A DNA stretch of 62,388 bases, filler included, from Bonamia ostreae (GCA_040357525.1; 31 parts of 31 records of this genome joined end to end with filler, not necessarily neighbours in it); one strand, 5' to 3'. Shown: positions 36,301 to 49,228, counted from the first letter of the whole stretch. The notes: generated by a model not told the origin, from the sequence alone. A program made the numbers and translations.

Positions 36301-37059
36301 CAAATTTTTTGTTAGTCTTATTTTTGTAAGAAAATTTTCACAAATCGCNNNNNNNNNNNNNNNNNNNNNNNNNNNNNNNNNNNNNNNNNNNNTTAATTAA
36401 TTAANNNNNNNNNNNNNNNNNNNNNNNNNNNNNNNNNNNNNNNNNNNNAATTTTGTTTTTAAAAGCGATTTTATTAGATAAAACTCTTCAATCGCATTTG
36501 AACCGGAGGCTGTGCAAAGTAGTTAAAATGCTTATTAATGTTGAAACCTTTTCCTGAAACAACATCTTTGTTTTGATAAAAGGGGGCTCCGAAAATAAGA
36601 TTTACCTTTTATTGTACGTTAGTTGCACCATTATTCTAAGAAACATAAAAGCAAGTGAAAATGACATAAAAATAATGACAAGTGAAAGATTCCTAATGTC
36701 TTCCTTTTGTTTTTATTTGCTTGCGTTCGCCGCTCACACGCCTGTGAAGTCTGAATTAAGGGCAAACTGTTCTTACGGTCAATTTGTTTCGAGGGTTTTA
36801 GTCGGTAGCCGGAATCATTGATAACTGCTATGATGACATGCCACTCTCAAGGCTACTTAAAATATATTCCCGCAGTTAATGTCTCGAGAGATTTTCTCTC
36901 CCGAAAAAAGGAATAAAGACCTGAATAAATACAAAACGATTAAATTTTGGTTGAAATAAAAAATTTTCTGTTTATTCGAGACAAATTGAAAAATTTAATA
37001 TTAAATTTGCTCTTTGTGTGACAAATAAAATAGTTTCGAAAATTATACGAATAATAAAA

Positions 37060-37849
37060 ATGATTGCTGTTAAAATACTCTTTTTGGTCCTCAGCTCTGT
37101 CCAAAGTCGTACTGTTTACCTTGACAGGAACGAAAGTGATGCCTATTTCGCAAAATTGCCTGAAGAGATTGTGTTTAAAATCATTGTTTCAGACGGAAAC
37201 AGTTTCGTAAGATGCGTTAATAAACGCTGTCAAGTGACAGAACCCTCAGTCAAACGCAATTTCTTCGTCTATACTAACAGAACAAGACACAAAGAGGTAT
37301 TCGTGCAAATAAACGATACAGCTGTAACCAACGCAAAAACCATTCTTATTGTCGACAGTTTCCTCTTTAAATATTAGCGGCAAAGTTGTACAGTGAGCTG
37401 TTTTACGATGGATTAGTTTTTGTGAAATGGTTTAAGGAAATGCCTTATTATCACATAGGAGCAGAAAACGAAGTATATTCCGCAAAATTCTTTGAAAACC
37501 GGAATCGTTTGCATTGGTTCATTTTAAAGATCGATTGTGTCTGATGGACGCCAGAGTGGACGATAATTTTTTGAACATCAAAGAAACGCAGAGAGGATTC
37601 ATGGACAACATTACAATACATTGTAAAGTTGGCTACTTGACAACAAATTATGAAGACAAATCTTTCGTCAAATGTGTCAACGGCCTTTCTGTTGTCGACT
37701 ATCCTTGCCATCGCTATTTAGATCCTGATATAAATATGGAAGTTATATTCAGTTTATTTGCAACTTGCGCTATGGTGACGTTGATGCTCATAAGAATACT
37801 CTCGCCTTGTCTTTGCAGGAAATATTCTAACAGTATGTATTTTTACTGA
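37060..37849 (+). CDS. Signal-peptide, single-TM surface protein with a membrane-proximal 4-Cys sushi-like module
   Basis: MIAVKILFLVLSSVQS; short introns join ORFs 37018 and 37514; C...ITIHCKVGY...KCVNG...PC followed by TM VIFSLFATCAMVTLMLI. Confidence 0.6.
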
Positions 37850-40510
37850 AGATCGTATTAAAATAAATGACTTGATCTCTGTTATTATTCTTATTCTGTT
37901 TTTATTTATATCTCTGTTTTTATTCTGTTTTATTTTTATTCTGTTTTTTGGCGAAAGAAATTGGTTTTTGAAAGAAATTGGTTTTTGGGATTTGAGAGGA
38001 GATATTTGAGTGAAAAAGATTTTATTAAAGACTCGAATAACAGCGTTTTAAGATTCGTCATTCACCACGCGCCAAAATATATAAACCAACAAGATTTTGC
38101 AAGACATGAAAATTGACGTTAGATTTTCTAACATTACAATCAGAACTTTAGAAATAACCCCTTTTCAGTACTTATTTTTTTGACTGTTTAAAAAATCGTA
38201 CGAAGAGACAGCCGAAGTTTGTTTTTACACTTTGGAGATGATATTGCAAGGATCGACGCTAATTAAAGCAACTCTGATTCAATTATATACAGAAGCAACA
38301 ATCAGTATGACGCAATCAAATGGTTAAAATGCTAAGATTACATATCTTCTAAAACGAAGNNNNNNNNNNNNNNNNNNNNNNNNNNNNNNNNNNNNNNNNN
38401 NNNTTAATTAATTAANNNNNNNNNNNNNNNNNNNNNNNNNNNNNNNNNNNNNNNNNNNNTACATGTACAACACAAAGAGTTGGGCTAATGATGCACTTTA
38501 TTTTGTAGTTAAGACAAGGACGTTAATCTACGTAACTTCAGAATCTTAGACCAATATTTGGCTTAGCGAGATCTCTTCCATTTTTGATGACAGACTTCTG
38601 GAATTCATGACTAAAACAATTCTAGATGAATGTGCAGCTCCAGACTTTTCTTACACATTGGAGTTCGCAGTATGAGCCTGCTCTTCGCGATGCTATGATT
38701 AAACAGTATGAATTTATAATTGCAAGAAAAACAATCCGACCAATTTTGAAATTGAGAAAATGTGAAATGCATTAGTTTCACTGTATTTCACAAAGAGCTG
38801 TATTTCACATATGGAAGGACAATATCATAAGTCACAGTTAAATTTGTGATACATGAGTACATGGAAACACACTTCCATTGCTAATTTTTACTAATTCTCT
38901 CTAATACACTAATCTCGAGTGAAATTCGTCTCGGCTGAATATTTGGACTAACCTTTCATAGAATCTCCGAGATTNNNNNNNNNNTATCTTATACACGTGT
39001 TACCATTAGATTTTGCTATGCTCGTTATAATGACCGGTAGCAGTAACTTAGTGGTTGTGGTTTGCGAAGTCGAAAACATGAGAGTGATTACTGATCCAGG
39101 ATGTGAGCCCCCATCTTGGTCAGTTAAACGGAGTAATTCATAGTCAAATCAGTATTTAGAGAATGACATAATAATTGGTATGAAACGTGTCAGACAAAAA
39201 TTTGACCTAACGACCGGTTGTATTTACAAATATGATCATTGCAATGACCGTACAATTTGTGAAATACAAACGCAATTCTTGAAATCACACGTGCTTTGAT
39301 TCAGAACCCCTTCCCCATAATGACCTAAATGACTTAACATTTTGTTGAAAATTAATCTAATGTATCTTAATTATGTCCTGCATACACCAACAGTCCAAAA
39401 AATAATAACTCAAAATAAATCTTTCTTTCCTTAAAAAATACCCTCACTGAATATTATAACAGAACAATGTTTTCACCCCCCGCATCTGGGTGTCTACAAA
39501 ATTGTCAAACCCACTGAGGAAAACCTTGCCAACCTTCGTCCAAATTACATGTTCCCCTAAAAGTACAAGTAACAATCACCCTAGCTTCATAAAGCATCCT
39601 TTGAACCCAGCATCCTTTGTTTAAATTTACAACTTTCCATGACCCATTTCATAATCCAGTGAATATCGTCGTTTCCTACAAGTAATCGTAGAATCTGGGC
39701 AAGTTTTTCCCAAAGGGTTTGACATTTTTGTAGATGGTTAATGATGCGGGAGTTAGGAGTTGTTTATGACTTTTAGGGAATGCAAGACATTGTCAACATG
39801 CATTAGAGATAATTTTAAAAAAGATGATGAAATCAACTCATGTAGGTTATAAGGGGGGGGGGGGGGGAGGGGGGTCGTTGGTTTAGACCTGAACCCAGCA
39901 GCAATGCTTGGAAGTCCTTTACCATCAACTTATATTTGTCAGTAGCTCGCCTCGATTGAAGTATTCAATGTCATAAATCATATAAAAATGCAATGTGTCA
40001 GATTCAGGTTTGCTCTTCCGCAGACTTCTTACACCAAATTTAAAGAAATATAGTAAAATTGGTTATTGTTGTTTTCAGTGATTCTGTGGGACTGCTGTAT
40101 TTCTGTAAGATCTTCTCGAAATTAAAATCACCTTCCCAGGTCCTTTCGGAATAATATCAATTCGCAAGATCTAAATCTGTGAAGTTTTATTATAGTGCTT
40201 GATTCAATTTTACCATAAAAAAATAAATGGTCGAAAATTATTCCGGATTTATGGGAAATCGAGGAACAAAATACAACACCTTACAATGTAATAAATATTT
40301 CTTTTTAATTTCGCAGACAGTTGTTCTGCCTCAGTTGGTTAAGTAGATACAAGATGTATCCGACATAGGNNNNNNNNNNNNNNNNNNNNNNNNNNNNNNN
40401 NNNNNNNNNNNNNTTAATTAATTAANNNNNNNNNNNNNNNNNNNNNNNNNNNNNNNNNNNNNNNNNNNNTAAAAAGATTAAAAAATAAAGAAAAAAACGG
40501 AGGAATAACA

Positions 40511-40960
40511 ATGGATAACAAAAGCAATAAGAAATGGTTTGTAATATCTTTAGTATGCATAGTAATAATACTATCATGCATATGTACACTAGCATTAAGC
40601 AATAACAAAGCAAACAAGCAAGAGGAAATAATAAAAGTGCACGCGTTAACATTGGAACAGGAATACAACGATAATGAAGTAGCAGCAGACCAAAAGTACA
40701 AAGACAAATGGGTATATGTTTTTGGAACAGTGCAAGATATAGGGAAAATATTAAATAAATCTTACATAACCCTAGAAGGAAAAGAAACTACATTGTCATT
40801 ATCATCGGCACAATGTAGTTTTAAGGGAAAGAACTCAGAGCCTATAGGAAGTATCAATAAAGGCGATAAAGTTATAGTATACGGCAAATGCACAGGCAAA
40901 GTACTATGTAGTGTAATGTTTGATGATTGCCAGGTTGCACCACAGAAGGAAGGGGAATAA
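40511..40960 (+). CDS. Bacterial/phage OB-fold membrane-anchored protein (tRNA_anti-like)
   Basis: GGAGG RBS; N-terminal TM; EYNDNEVAADQKYKDK-x4-GTV-x-DI; KGDKVIVYGKCTG. Confidence 0.8.
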   Translation: MDNKSNKKWFVISLVCIVIILSCICTLALSNNKANKQEEIIKVHALTLEQEYNDNEVAADQKYKDKWVYVFGTVQDIGKILNKSYITLEGKETTLSLSSAQCSFKGKNSEPIGSINKGDKVIVYGKCTGKVLCSVMFDDCQVAPQKEGE

Positions 40961-41050
40961 CAATGAGTTTCAAAGAATATATACAAGAAAAAGGATACAC
41001 AGAGGAAGAATTAAATATATTAGCAATAGAGTTAAAAGGAGGAAACAACA

Positions 41051-41368
41051 ATGAACAATAAAGGTAGATTAAAAATAGGCTTTAATAAGTATGAAATCAT
41101 AGAAGTGAAAGATTTGATTAGGGATAAAAACAACAGGGGTGAAATAAATAGAAATAATTACACTATTTTGTTGGATTCTAATTGTGAACCAATAGTAAAA
41201 ACAGAAACATTGTTTCACGAAATTACTCATTGTATTTTAGATCAGATGGACAATGAAGAACTAGGACTAGATGAGCATTTTGTTGAATTATTATCAAAAC
41301 AAATACTGTATTTTATACTGGAAAACAAAGGATTTGTAGAGAGAGTAATGGGGGATGATAACAATTGA
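41051..41368 (+). CDS. Phage HExxH (ImmA/IrrE-like) small protein
   Basis: AGGAGG RBS; ETLFHEITHCI ... EHFV. Confidence 0.75.
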   Translation: MNNKGRLKIGFNKYEIIEVKDLIRDKNNRGEINRNNYTILLDSNCEPIVKTETLFHEITHCILDQMDNEELGLDEHFVELLSKQILYFILENKGFVERVMGDDNN

Positions 41369-41775
41369 ACATCATACAAGAATATATAAAATTAACCGAA
41401 GAAATAACAGTATTACAATCTAAAATAATAACAGCACACAGGGAACTACAGAAAGCAATCAATACATATAAACCGGACGGATATACAAAAGGTAGCAATA
41501 AACCTAATAAACCTATCATAGAGACAGGTAAAGATATATATAGCATTAACATACATACGAAAGAATTAGAACAGGAATTAAGGGAAACAAGGGCACAGAG
41601 AGATCAAGTGGAAAAGACTATCAATGATTTAGGGGATACTAAGAAAAATATATTAATGTACAAGATAAAAGGGTACTCACTAAGCAAAATAGCTTTTACC
41701 ATGAACTACAGTAAAAGACACGTGCAAAGGTTGTGGAATGAAACAAAAGATGTCATTGAAATGTCTCAAGAATAG
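41365..41775 (+). CDS. Phage late transcriptional regulator (ArpU/RinA, sigma region-4-like HTH)
   Basis: KGYSLSKIAFTMNYSKRHVQRL; typical position just upstream of the terminase. Confidence 0.75.
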   Translation: MNIIQEYIKLTEEITVLQSKIITAHRELQKAINTYKPDGYTKGSNKPNKPIIETGKDIYSINIHTKELEQELRETRAQRDQVEKTINDLGDTKKNILMYKIKGYSLSKIAFTMNYSKRHVQRLWNETKDVIEMSQE

Positions 41776-41822
41776 TGAGATAATGGTATTATAGAAAGAT
41801 ATAACTCCCCTTCTAAAATACG

Positions 41823-41864
41823 AATAGCCGTAGATACTTAAACGGTATAGATGGTTATTTTTTT
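41823..41864 (+). terminator. Rho-independent terminator-like hairpin
   Basis: AATAGCCGT...ATGGTTATT stem followed by a T run. Confidence 0.55.
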
Positions 41865-41973
41865 ATAAAGGGTGTATAAATATTATATAGCATAGTATAA
41901 AGATGCAAATAGTATTAAAATATACGGTGGTATAATGTGAAATGATGAATAAAAGGTGAATAGAGGTGTAATA

Positions 41974-42377
41974 ATGGGAAATGGAGGAGCACCAACAAAG
42001 TACAAGAAAGCATATAACGAACAGGTTAAAAAGCTATGTATGTTAGGCGCTGATGATAAGATATTGGCTGACTTTTTTGGTGTGGTTGAAAAAACTATAA
42101 ACAATTGGAAAAAAGCAGAACCAGAGTTTTTACAGTCCTTAAAAGAAGGTAAGGTAATAGCTGATATGGAAGTGGCTAATAGCTTATACAAAAGATCAGT
42201 AGGCTTTACAACAGAAGAGAAAACAGAAAGCACTAGCGCGGATGGAGATAAGAACTATAAAATAGTTACCAAGGAAGTACCACCAGATACAGGAGCGGCT
42301 TTTATATGGTTAAAGAATAGACGCCCTGATAAGTGGAGAGACAAGCAAGAGATACAACATAGCGGAGATATGGGAGT
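41974..42377 (+). CDS. Phage terminase small subunit, 3' truncated
   Basis: GAPTKY...LGADDKILADFFGV...INNWKK.EPEF...ADMEVANSLYKRSVG...PPDTGAAFIWLKNRRPDKWRDK. Confidence 0.88.
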
Positions 42378-42494
42378 NNNNNNNNNNNNNNNNNNNNNNN
42401 NNNNNNNNNNNNNNNNNNNNNTTAATTAATTAANNNNNNNNNNNNNNNNNNNNNNNNNNNNNNNNNNNNNNNNNNNNAAATTGAAAAAACAAAA

Positions 42495-43325
42495 ATGGTC
42501 AAAAATTTTGTTACAATAGAATTTTGTTTTGGGCAATTATTAGCGGGAAAATTTTGTGAGAGATTTAGTCAAAACGGAGTTGTTTGCTTTTCGTACAAGA
42601 ATCCAGTCGTCGTCACGAAAAAGCGGAGCGTGTTGTTGCGGAAGGTAAAAATGCCTATAAGGTCTCTTTCTAAAATCGACCATTCGATGGTTCTGAACAA
42701 GCGCCGTTTTGGGCAATTTAGGACATCTCACCAATTGCGATATGCGACAGAGGAAATAAAAAAAAGATTTTCAAAATACGATTCGAATTTTCGGCCAAAC
42801 TTTAATCGTTTTTCAATTTGGCAATTTTACAAAAATTTGTAATTTCAAATTTGATCGCAATTGAAAAAATTTTAAAGCGGTTCCGAGAAATTTTGAGATC
42901 GAAGAAAGAAGTGATTATCGATACAGAGCAGTAAGTCGACGTGAAGAATCATTTAATTTTCGAAACGAGAGTGGAAGAATCAAAAGAATTGAGAATGGTC
43001 AGAGGATGATAAGAGGCATTCGCCGTAAAAACTTTGATAATCTATTTTGTTCAAAGAAGCCGAGAAGATTTAAATGATTTTTTGGCGAATAAAAAATTAA
43101 ATTGTGCCGATTCAAATCGGCAATTTTCTGTTTAAAAAATCATCGGAAAATCATTGCAACTTCCAATAAATCTNNNNNNNNNNCTTAATCGATTAAAGCT
43201 TAATTGAGTTTAATTAACATGTCCGAAGCTTAAAGTTGTGGGTTGCCATTTACGCTTGCAATATTTTCCTTGAAAATAAAAGTTTGCGTTGCGTCAGCCA
43301 CCAACAGAAGCAAAAACTACATTAA
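42495..43325 (+). CDS. Hypothetical multi-exon protein; structure uncertain
   Basis: ORF 42495-42842 plus downstream open segments; a possible last exon at 43236-43325. Confidence 0.35.
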
Positions 43326-43356
43326 CCAAATAAACATGTCTCTCAATGCCAAAAAA

Positions 43357-43761
43357 CTAAAATTTATTAATAATCTCATCAACAGATTCCGTAAAAACGC
43401 TTTTAGCTTCTGAAGCCAAAGGGTTAACCTTCAGTTTGATGACAAACGATGTGTAAATTTGGTCCAAAATGTTATAAGCGATAACTTCGGGAAGAGAATG
43501 CTTAAACGCAATCACAAATAATAATCCGGTTAAGCTTTCTAAAATGCCGACACAGTAATTTTCGGCTGAAATTAGTCGAATTGAGTTGAATTTGTTTCTC
43601 GAGTAAGAAACTCTGTTTGAAAAAATTTTCAATGAAGTGATTACGCCGTACAAAAGATCATCAAAATGCGATTGCGGCTTCTTCGATTTAAAGGAATCAG
43701 ATTTTTTCGTAAAAACGCACTTTTCTTTTTCAAATATTTTGATGTAGTAAATTTTGTCCAT
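43357..43761 (-). CDS. TRAPPC1: TRAPP subunit Bet5/TRAPPC1 (sybindin-like)
   Basis: IYYIKIF...LLYGVITSLKIF...ESLTGLLFVI...VNPL. Confidence 0.75.
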   Translation of the reverse strand: MDKIYYIKIFEKEKCVFTKKSDSFKSKKPQSHFDDLLYGVITSLKIFSNRVSYSRNKFNSIRLISAENYCVGILESLTGLLFVIAFKHSLPEVIAYNILDQIYTSFVIKLKVNPLASEAKSVFTESVDEIINKF

Positions 43762-43927
43762 TATTAAACAATATTTTTATTAGCGTTTTGCATATATTTT
43801 TATCTTGAGCACGTAAAAAATTTTAACCCAATTTGGTTAAAATATTTTCATCAGTCCATTTTTTGAGATTTAATTTCAAAAATTCGAAATATATCGAAAC
43901 GCCTAAACAGTAACATCCGAAAACATA

Positions 43928-44383
43928 ATGAAATCTGAGTTTCTGGAACCCTCGAGAAATCAAGAAATCCCCGAGATCTACAATTTCCCGCCTTTCTTCA
44001 CAAGACAACCCGCCGTCGAAACCAGAAAAAGACAAATAGAACTGTGGAACAAAATTTTATCGAATTATTGTGTTCTGAACAAAATAAACCGAATTTGTGA
44101 AAATGGCGAATGTCAGTGCTCTTCGCCGACAAGAAACAAAAATCCGAAAACAATTTTTACAAACAAAAAAATTAATCGCTCTGCTTCCAAAAGCCTAATT
44201 TTTGATGTTCTGAGCTCTTTAGAGCAAACTGGAAATGGTTTTTGGGCAGGAAAAAAATTTGTTTTCAGCAGCAAAAATCTGTCTGAGTTGGCTGAAGAAC
44301 TGTTCGAGTGGGGATCCAAACGCGCTGGAACGATTGGTGTCACGACATTGTATGAAATTTTGAGCAACGAAAGCAATCCCGTC
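43928..44383 (+). CDS. VPS25: ESCRT-II subunit VPS25, 3' truncated
   Basis: PEIYNFPPFFTRQP..ETRKRQIELW; IFTNKKINRS; TTLYEI. Confidence 0.92.
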
Positions 44384-46489
44384 NNNNNNNNNNNNNNNNN
44401 NNNNNNNNNNNNNNNNNNNNNNNNNNNTTAATTAATTAANNNNNNNNNNNNNNNNNNNNNNNNNNNNNNNNNNNNNNNNNNNNCGTTACCTTACCTTTCA
44501 TACAGTTATGTAATCACTGTTGGAAAACAGTTATAGACTACGTTACGCAGGCGTGGAGTCTATGTCAAATTCAAAGTTAGATAACTTAAACCCGGACTTC
44601 CAGAATCATCATGCAGCCAATGTTGGATCGTTCTGTATGAATAGTCATATCCTACATAATTCTATGTAAATCATTATATATACAACTATTAAAATCACCA
44701 CTTAAATCATGTCAAAATTGAGGATAGTTACTGGTTGGAAGAATTTAACTACTTCATACCAACTTCATATCAACCACACTTTGATAGAAAGTCTGTCTTT
44801 ACGGCAATTACGCTGAAATTTGTCTCCATTGTACAAAACTTAACAGCAGCGTTTGGTATATTCCCCCAAGGACAATGTACATGGGCACGGAGGGATGTGG
44901 CATGCTTTATGTTCTGTTACGGGTACTTTATAATAGGTGATAATATGCTGTTCAGTTATTCGTTTGAATTGGAAAATGATCTAACGGTTCTCTTTCTTTA
45001 AACCCGACTTTAAATAAATAATATCATTGTAATTTAAATGGAGGTATTATTGTTGTTTGACACACTTAATATGCAGGTCTGAAATTTTGAAAATAACAAT
45101 ATGCACAGCATTTTTCGTAACATAATGCGCGATGGTATATTCATTAAATGCGTATCTGTGTATTTATCTATCTATTCTTTAATGACTTCTGTGAATTGTA
45201 AAATTGTAAAATAGATTCCCATATGAATTTAAATTTATCGTATAAACAATCATTAATAGGCAGTTGCAAGGGTATCAGACTGCTCCCATACGTTTTGTTG
45301 GAATTGCTTGGTGGTGTTGAAGGACAGTTCAGAATCCATCGGATATGATGTAAAATGCGTTCCCAAGTGTACTTCTTGGCTGACTCGTGATACTGTTCAA
45401 AGGTTCCTACAAGAGTATGACAATTCGAAAAATCACGTAAGTTTCAGATGTCCACCAATTTTACCCCTTTGTGGTTATAAATTGAATACCACTGGTACAC
45501 CTGTCAGTAAACTGATAAATGTCATCTAATCAATTACAGACATCCATGTATTTCAAGCTGGTTTGTGAAAGTGGAAGTTGTCGTACAAAAGGCTGTTCTA
45601 ATCAGGTATGTCTACTCATTTATCCCTTCTGATATCAGTGACAAACTCGATCAACAATAATCTTCTCTGATATGGAAAAAAATACAATTAGGCATTACAG
45701 TCTTATTACATTTTTGAAAGAAGACAAATGTATATGCTTAAAGGGCATGTCATATGATAAAATCATGTCATTCAGTAAACGGAAAGGTGATTGGACAGTT
45801 ACTGAAAGGTGACTATATGGCGACAGAGATCTGCCATTCAATAATAATTCCAGACCTTCCAGTGGGCTTTCAGTTTGATGCTGATTAAGTTGGTGTGATT
45901 GTGAAATAAAGAATATAAATCTGAATGTGAGTGTCAAAACATAATTGAATATCCGTGAATATGGAATATCGGGACCAGTATTTCGTCTACAGTTCTGTAG
46001 CATTTCAGATATTTAGTATCAACAACGAGATCTGGTTTTCTGTTAACCTGAGTAATTATTCATTAAAGGAGCACAATAGTTCATTCAGGCACTTATCGTC
46101 GTTTGGGAAAGTGGAAGGATGGGGAAGAGGTGGACAAACGGTGAAAAAAGTGTCTTTCAGTTTTGTATAACATTGGAGGTTAGCAAGAAAAGCAGTCATA
46201 CCCGAAAATCGAAAAGAAGGATTGGAGCGATTATCCTTCAGTGCACTCAATATATGAACTGAATTCAATTCAACTGTTCAACCTTGCATTTCCACTAAGA
46301 TCCATCGCTACTTTAAAACAGTGACCAGCTGATAATTCGATCAGTACATGTAAAAATGAGAAACTTTGTATATGATCATCATTGGGTTNNNNNNNNNNNN
46401 NNNNNNNNNNNNNNNNNNNNNNNNNNNNNNNNTTAATTAATTAANNNNNNNNNNNNNNNNNNNNNNNNNNNNNNNNNNNNNNNNNNNNC

Positions 46490-47392
46490 GAAGAAAACTT
46501 TAACCTTGAAAAATCCAATTCCGATTTAAACGTCAATACCGAACACAAAAAATCTGAAGAAGACGAAAATGGGCTTTCAGTCATTTTCGACCAGAAAACG
46601 GAAAATAACGAAGCGGATGGCAAAAACGAATACGAAACAAATCTAGATCAAAAAGCCCCGGACTTTAAAATAAGATTTAACGATACATTGAAGCTCGAAA
46701 AGGACTTGGTTTCCAATGGATATGACTACAAAACAGCCAAAACGCACTCGATGCAAATCGCCCGCGCTCTCGAAAAAATGACGACGGCCGATTTCCGGCG
46801 CATCGAAAAAGCCACGCTCGATTTTAGCCCTTATTACGAAGCGGAAAAAAACGCCTGTCGCCGCTGCAACGACGCCGCGAAGGAGTTCCGCTCGTTCAAG
46901 AGCGAGAACCTCCGAAGTTCTGTCGAGTGTGCTCGCGAGATCCGAAGGGCCAAACGCGTTCTGCTCAATGCGCGCACCAAATCCGTCCGGGCTCGCGCAG
47001 AAGTCAAGCTCGAGCACTTTCAGCGAATCGAAGCGGATTTGAACGCGCGCGCCCAAAAACTGTTCGAGGAAGAGCGGAAGGCGAAGAACGCTTTGGACAG
47101 AGCGCATTTCGAGTCGTTTGGAGAGCGGAAGAAGGTCTACCACAGCGAGATGAACGTGCACATGATCGCGGACGAGCGCTTCCGCAAATTGGCGTTTGTG
47201 GACGTCGGCGAAAAGCGCCTCGGAGAACGGGGCGCGGAAAGAGTGGCTGTTTCGTTGGGCGAAGACGGCGAACTGCGGTACCACGCCTTTGTGCGCGGGC
47301 ACCGCTATGCGAAAGTGCCGACAGCGCCAGAGAGCGCGGCGGCGCACAAGGAGACTCGGCCGGCGGAGGACTGGCGAACTGAATTTAAATAA
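46490..47392 (+). CDS. Hypothetical coiled-coil protein, C-terminal part
   Basis: A 300-codon open frame runs from the contig edge to TAA at 47390-47392. Confidence 0.65.
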   Translation, partial: EENFNLEKSNSDLNVNTEHKKSEEDENGLSVIFDQKTENNEADGKNEYETNLDQKAPDFKIRFNDTLKLEKDLVSNGYDYKTAKTHSMQIARALEKMTTADFRRIEKATLDFSPYYEAEKNACRRCNDAAKEFRSFKSENLRSSVECAREIRRAKRVLLNARTKSVRARAEVKLEHFQRIEADLNARAQKLFEEERKAKNALDRAHFESFGERKKVYHSEMNVHMIADERFRKLAFVDVGEKRLGERGAERVAVSLGEDGELRYHAFVRGHRYAKVPTAPESAAAHKETRPAEDWRTEFK

Positions 47393-47631
47393 CTGTTCAA
47401 ATTTGGCCAAATTTACCTTTTAATAAAATCCTCCCGCTCAAATTTTTTAGTTGAGCTTACGGTGATCATGCCACTCTCAAGACAACTTGATAACTAAGAG
47501 AAATTATATTTTGTATAGGTTATAATCTTGATAATTCAGATTATCAAAATATTTGATGATTTGCAAAGTACAAAACACTGGTTATAATTTTCAGTTTAAC
47601 ATATACAAAAAAAATAGTTTCAAAAATAAAA

Positions 47632-48392
47632 ATGTCACAAATTTCACGCAAATCAAACTTTATTGCCATTCTGCTTCTCTTATCAATATGTAGTTCCGAA
47701 AAGTGTGTACTTGATAATACTTTTGAGGTGTACAAAGGCTACTTATATAAACGAGTTGAAATATTCAATGGGATCTTCAATTCAAGTTGTAAATTTGGTG
47801 GGAAAAAAGTTAAAGTAGAATGTAGGTCAAGTGGTGAGCTCACCATAACTAAGTGCCCAAACCTCAAATGTGAAGAGAATAAAGAGACAAGAAAAGTCTG
47901 TGAAGGTGACATGTGCTATTTGGAAGGAAAAAATAACAGAATGATAACTTTTAATGGCGAAAATTTCAAGAAACTAAAATGTGTTAGATATGGGGGGATG
48001 CAACAAAAACTGGTAACTACAAAACCGAAGAAAAAACAAAAAAAAATATTATTAAGCTACAATAACATAACATTAAGATATGTCATCGGTTTAAAAAGTT
48101 GTGAAATCGTAGATGATTATATGCTCATAGATAGAACATGCAACTTAACAGTTTCTATAGATGCAATAATGGTCTATGAAGAGCAAATATATACAAAATT
48201 GACTTACGATCAAGTTGTAAATGGTGCTGTAGTCGAAATTAAGGAAAAATTTGGAAATGTTTGTCAATTTGACGCCAAAAAATTGAAAGCAAACAACATC
48301 AAAAGTGTCTGCAATAAAATAAAAGGAAAATTCATAAGAGAATGTTTAATCGGTTGTCAAAAAGGGTTTGAAATCGGATCAAAAGATTCTAC
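47632..48392 (+). CDS. Secreted Cys-rich protein, 3' truncated
   Basis: Signal peptide FIAILLLLSICSS; about 14 Cys; ends C...C...CLIGCQKGF, like the sushi-like modules at 4073-5557. Confidence 0.7.
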
Positions 48393-49002
48393 NNNNNNNN
48401 NNNNNNNNNNNNNNNNNNNNNNNNNNNNNNNNNNNNTTAATTAATTAANNNNNNNNNNNNNNNNNNNNNNNNNNNNNNNNNNNNNNNNNNNNTTTAAATA
48501 GTTTTTATGAAAATTATTTTGCTGTATTAATTGAAAAATACGACAAATTCAAATATGTACATCTACGTAATTCAAATTTCACACAAATATAAGTATCACA
48601 AAGGTACAAAACGCTCATATATCCTATTAACAACGACAATCGAAAGTAAGGTAAGCACGGATCCACAGATGGGTGCATGTGTCTGGGAAGAGTAAGTAAT
48701 CATTGATGATTGGTTACATCCACCTAGGACTTTGAAATCTATTTAAGTTCATCTTTTAATAAAAAATGTCGAAATGTCTCTTTAACGTATTTAGAATGTA
48801 AAACTTATTCGGTACCAATATGATTCTAAAATCGTTTTTTGGATCATTTAAGAAAAATAACGTTTCGACAAAACGATTCTCTATATGATATTTGACATTT
48901 ACAACTCTGAACGAAATGTATGTTTTCAATCGCCTAGATCATTGTCACATTTTATATTATGTATACCATGTGATCAATTAGATATACACACCTATCCCAG
49001 GT

Positions 49003-49228
49003 CCCATGGGAATACGAGATAGAATAGGTCCTCGCTACCTATTACTATTCGTAAGAGTCGACTAAATAAGTCAATGCTTAAGACGAGACCGCAAACATAG
49101 ATCAGGTGTTGCACGATGGAGATTATTCCCTACTCAAAGGGCGTAAGCGCTGAACATTGGCTTAAATTTACAGCCCTTTACCGTCAATGGTAACGTCTCC
49201 GTAAGAATGAACAATTCTAGACCGGGAG
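49003..49228 (+). mobile_element. Degenerate oyster-type SINE-like interspersed repeat
   Basis: TAGAATAGGTCCTC...TCGTAAGAGTCGACTAAAT...GAGACCG...CAGGTGTTGCACGAT...CTCAAAGGGCGTAAGCGC...CAGCCCTTTACCG.CAATGGTAACGTCTCC matches an abundant Ostreidae repeat as I recall it. Confidence 0.7.

Noticed and set aside
43228-43311. Long hairpin as a single-hairpin H/ACA RNA or SECIS
   Set aside because: It overlaps a plausible terminal exon (43236-43325), has no UGAN/NGAN quartet, and its stems are short and interrupted.
46643-47423. Long antisense or overlapping ORFs (also 14517-15104, 16399-16887, 34549-35139)
   Set aside because: These are shadows of real genes on the other strand, caused by codon bias.
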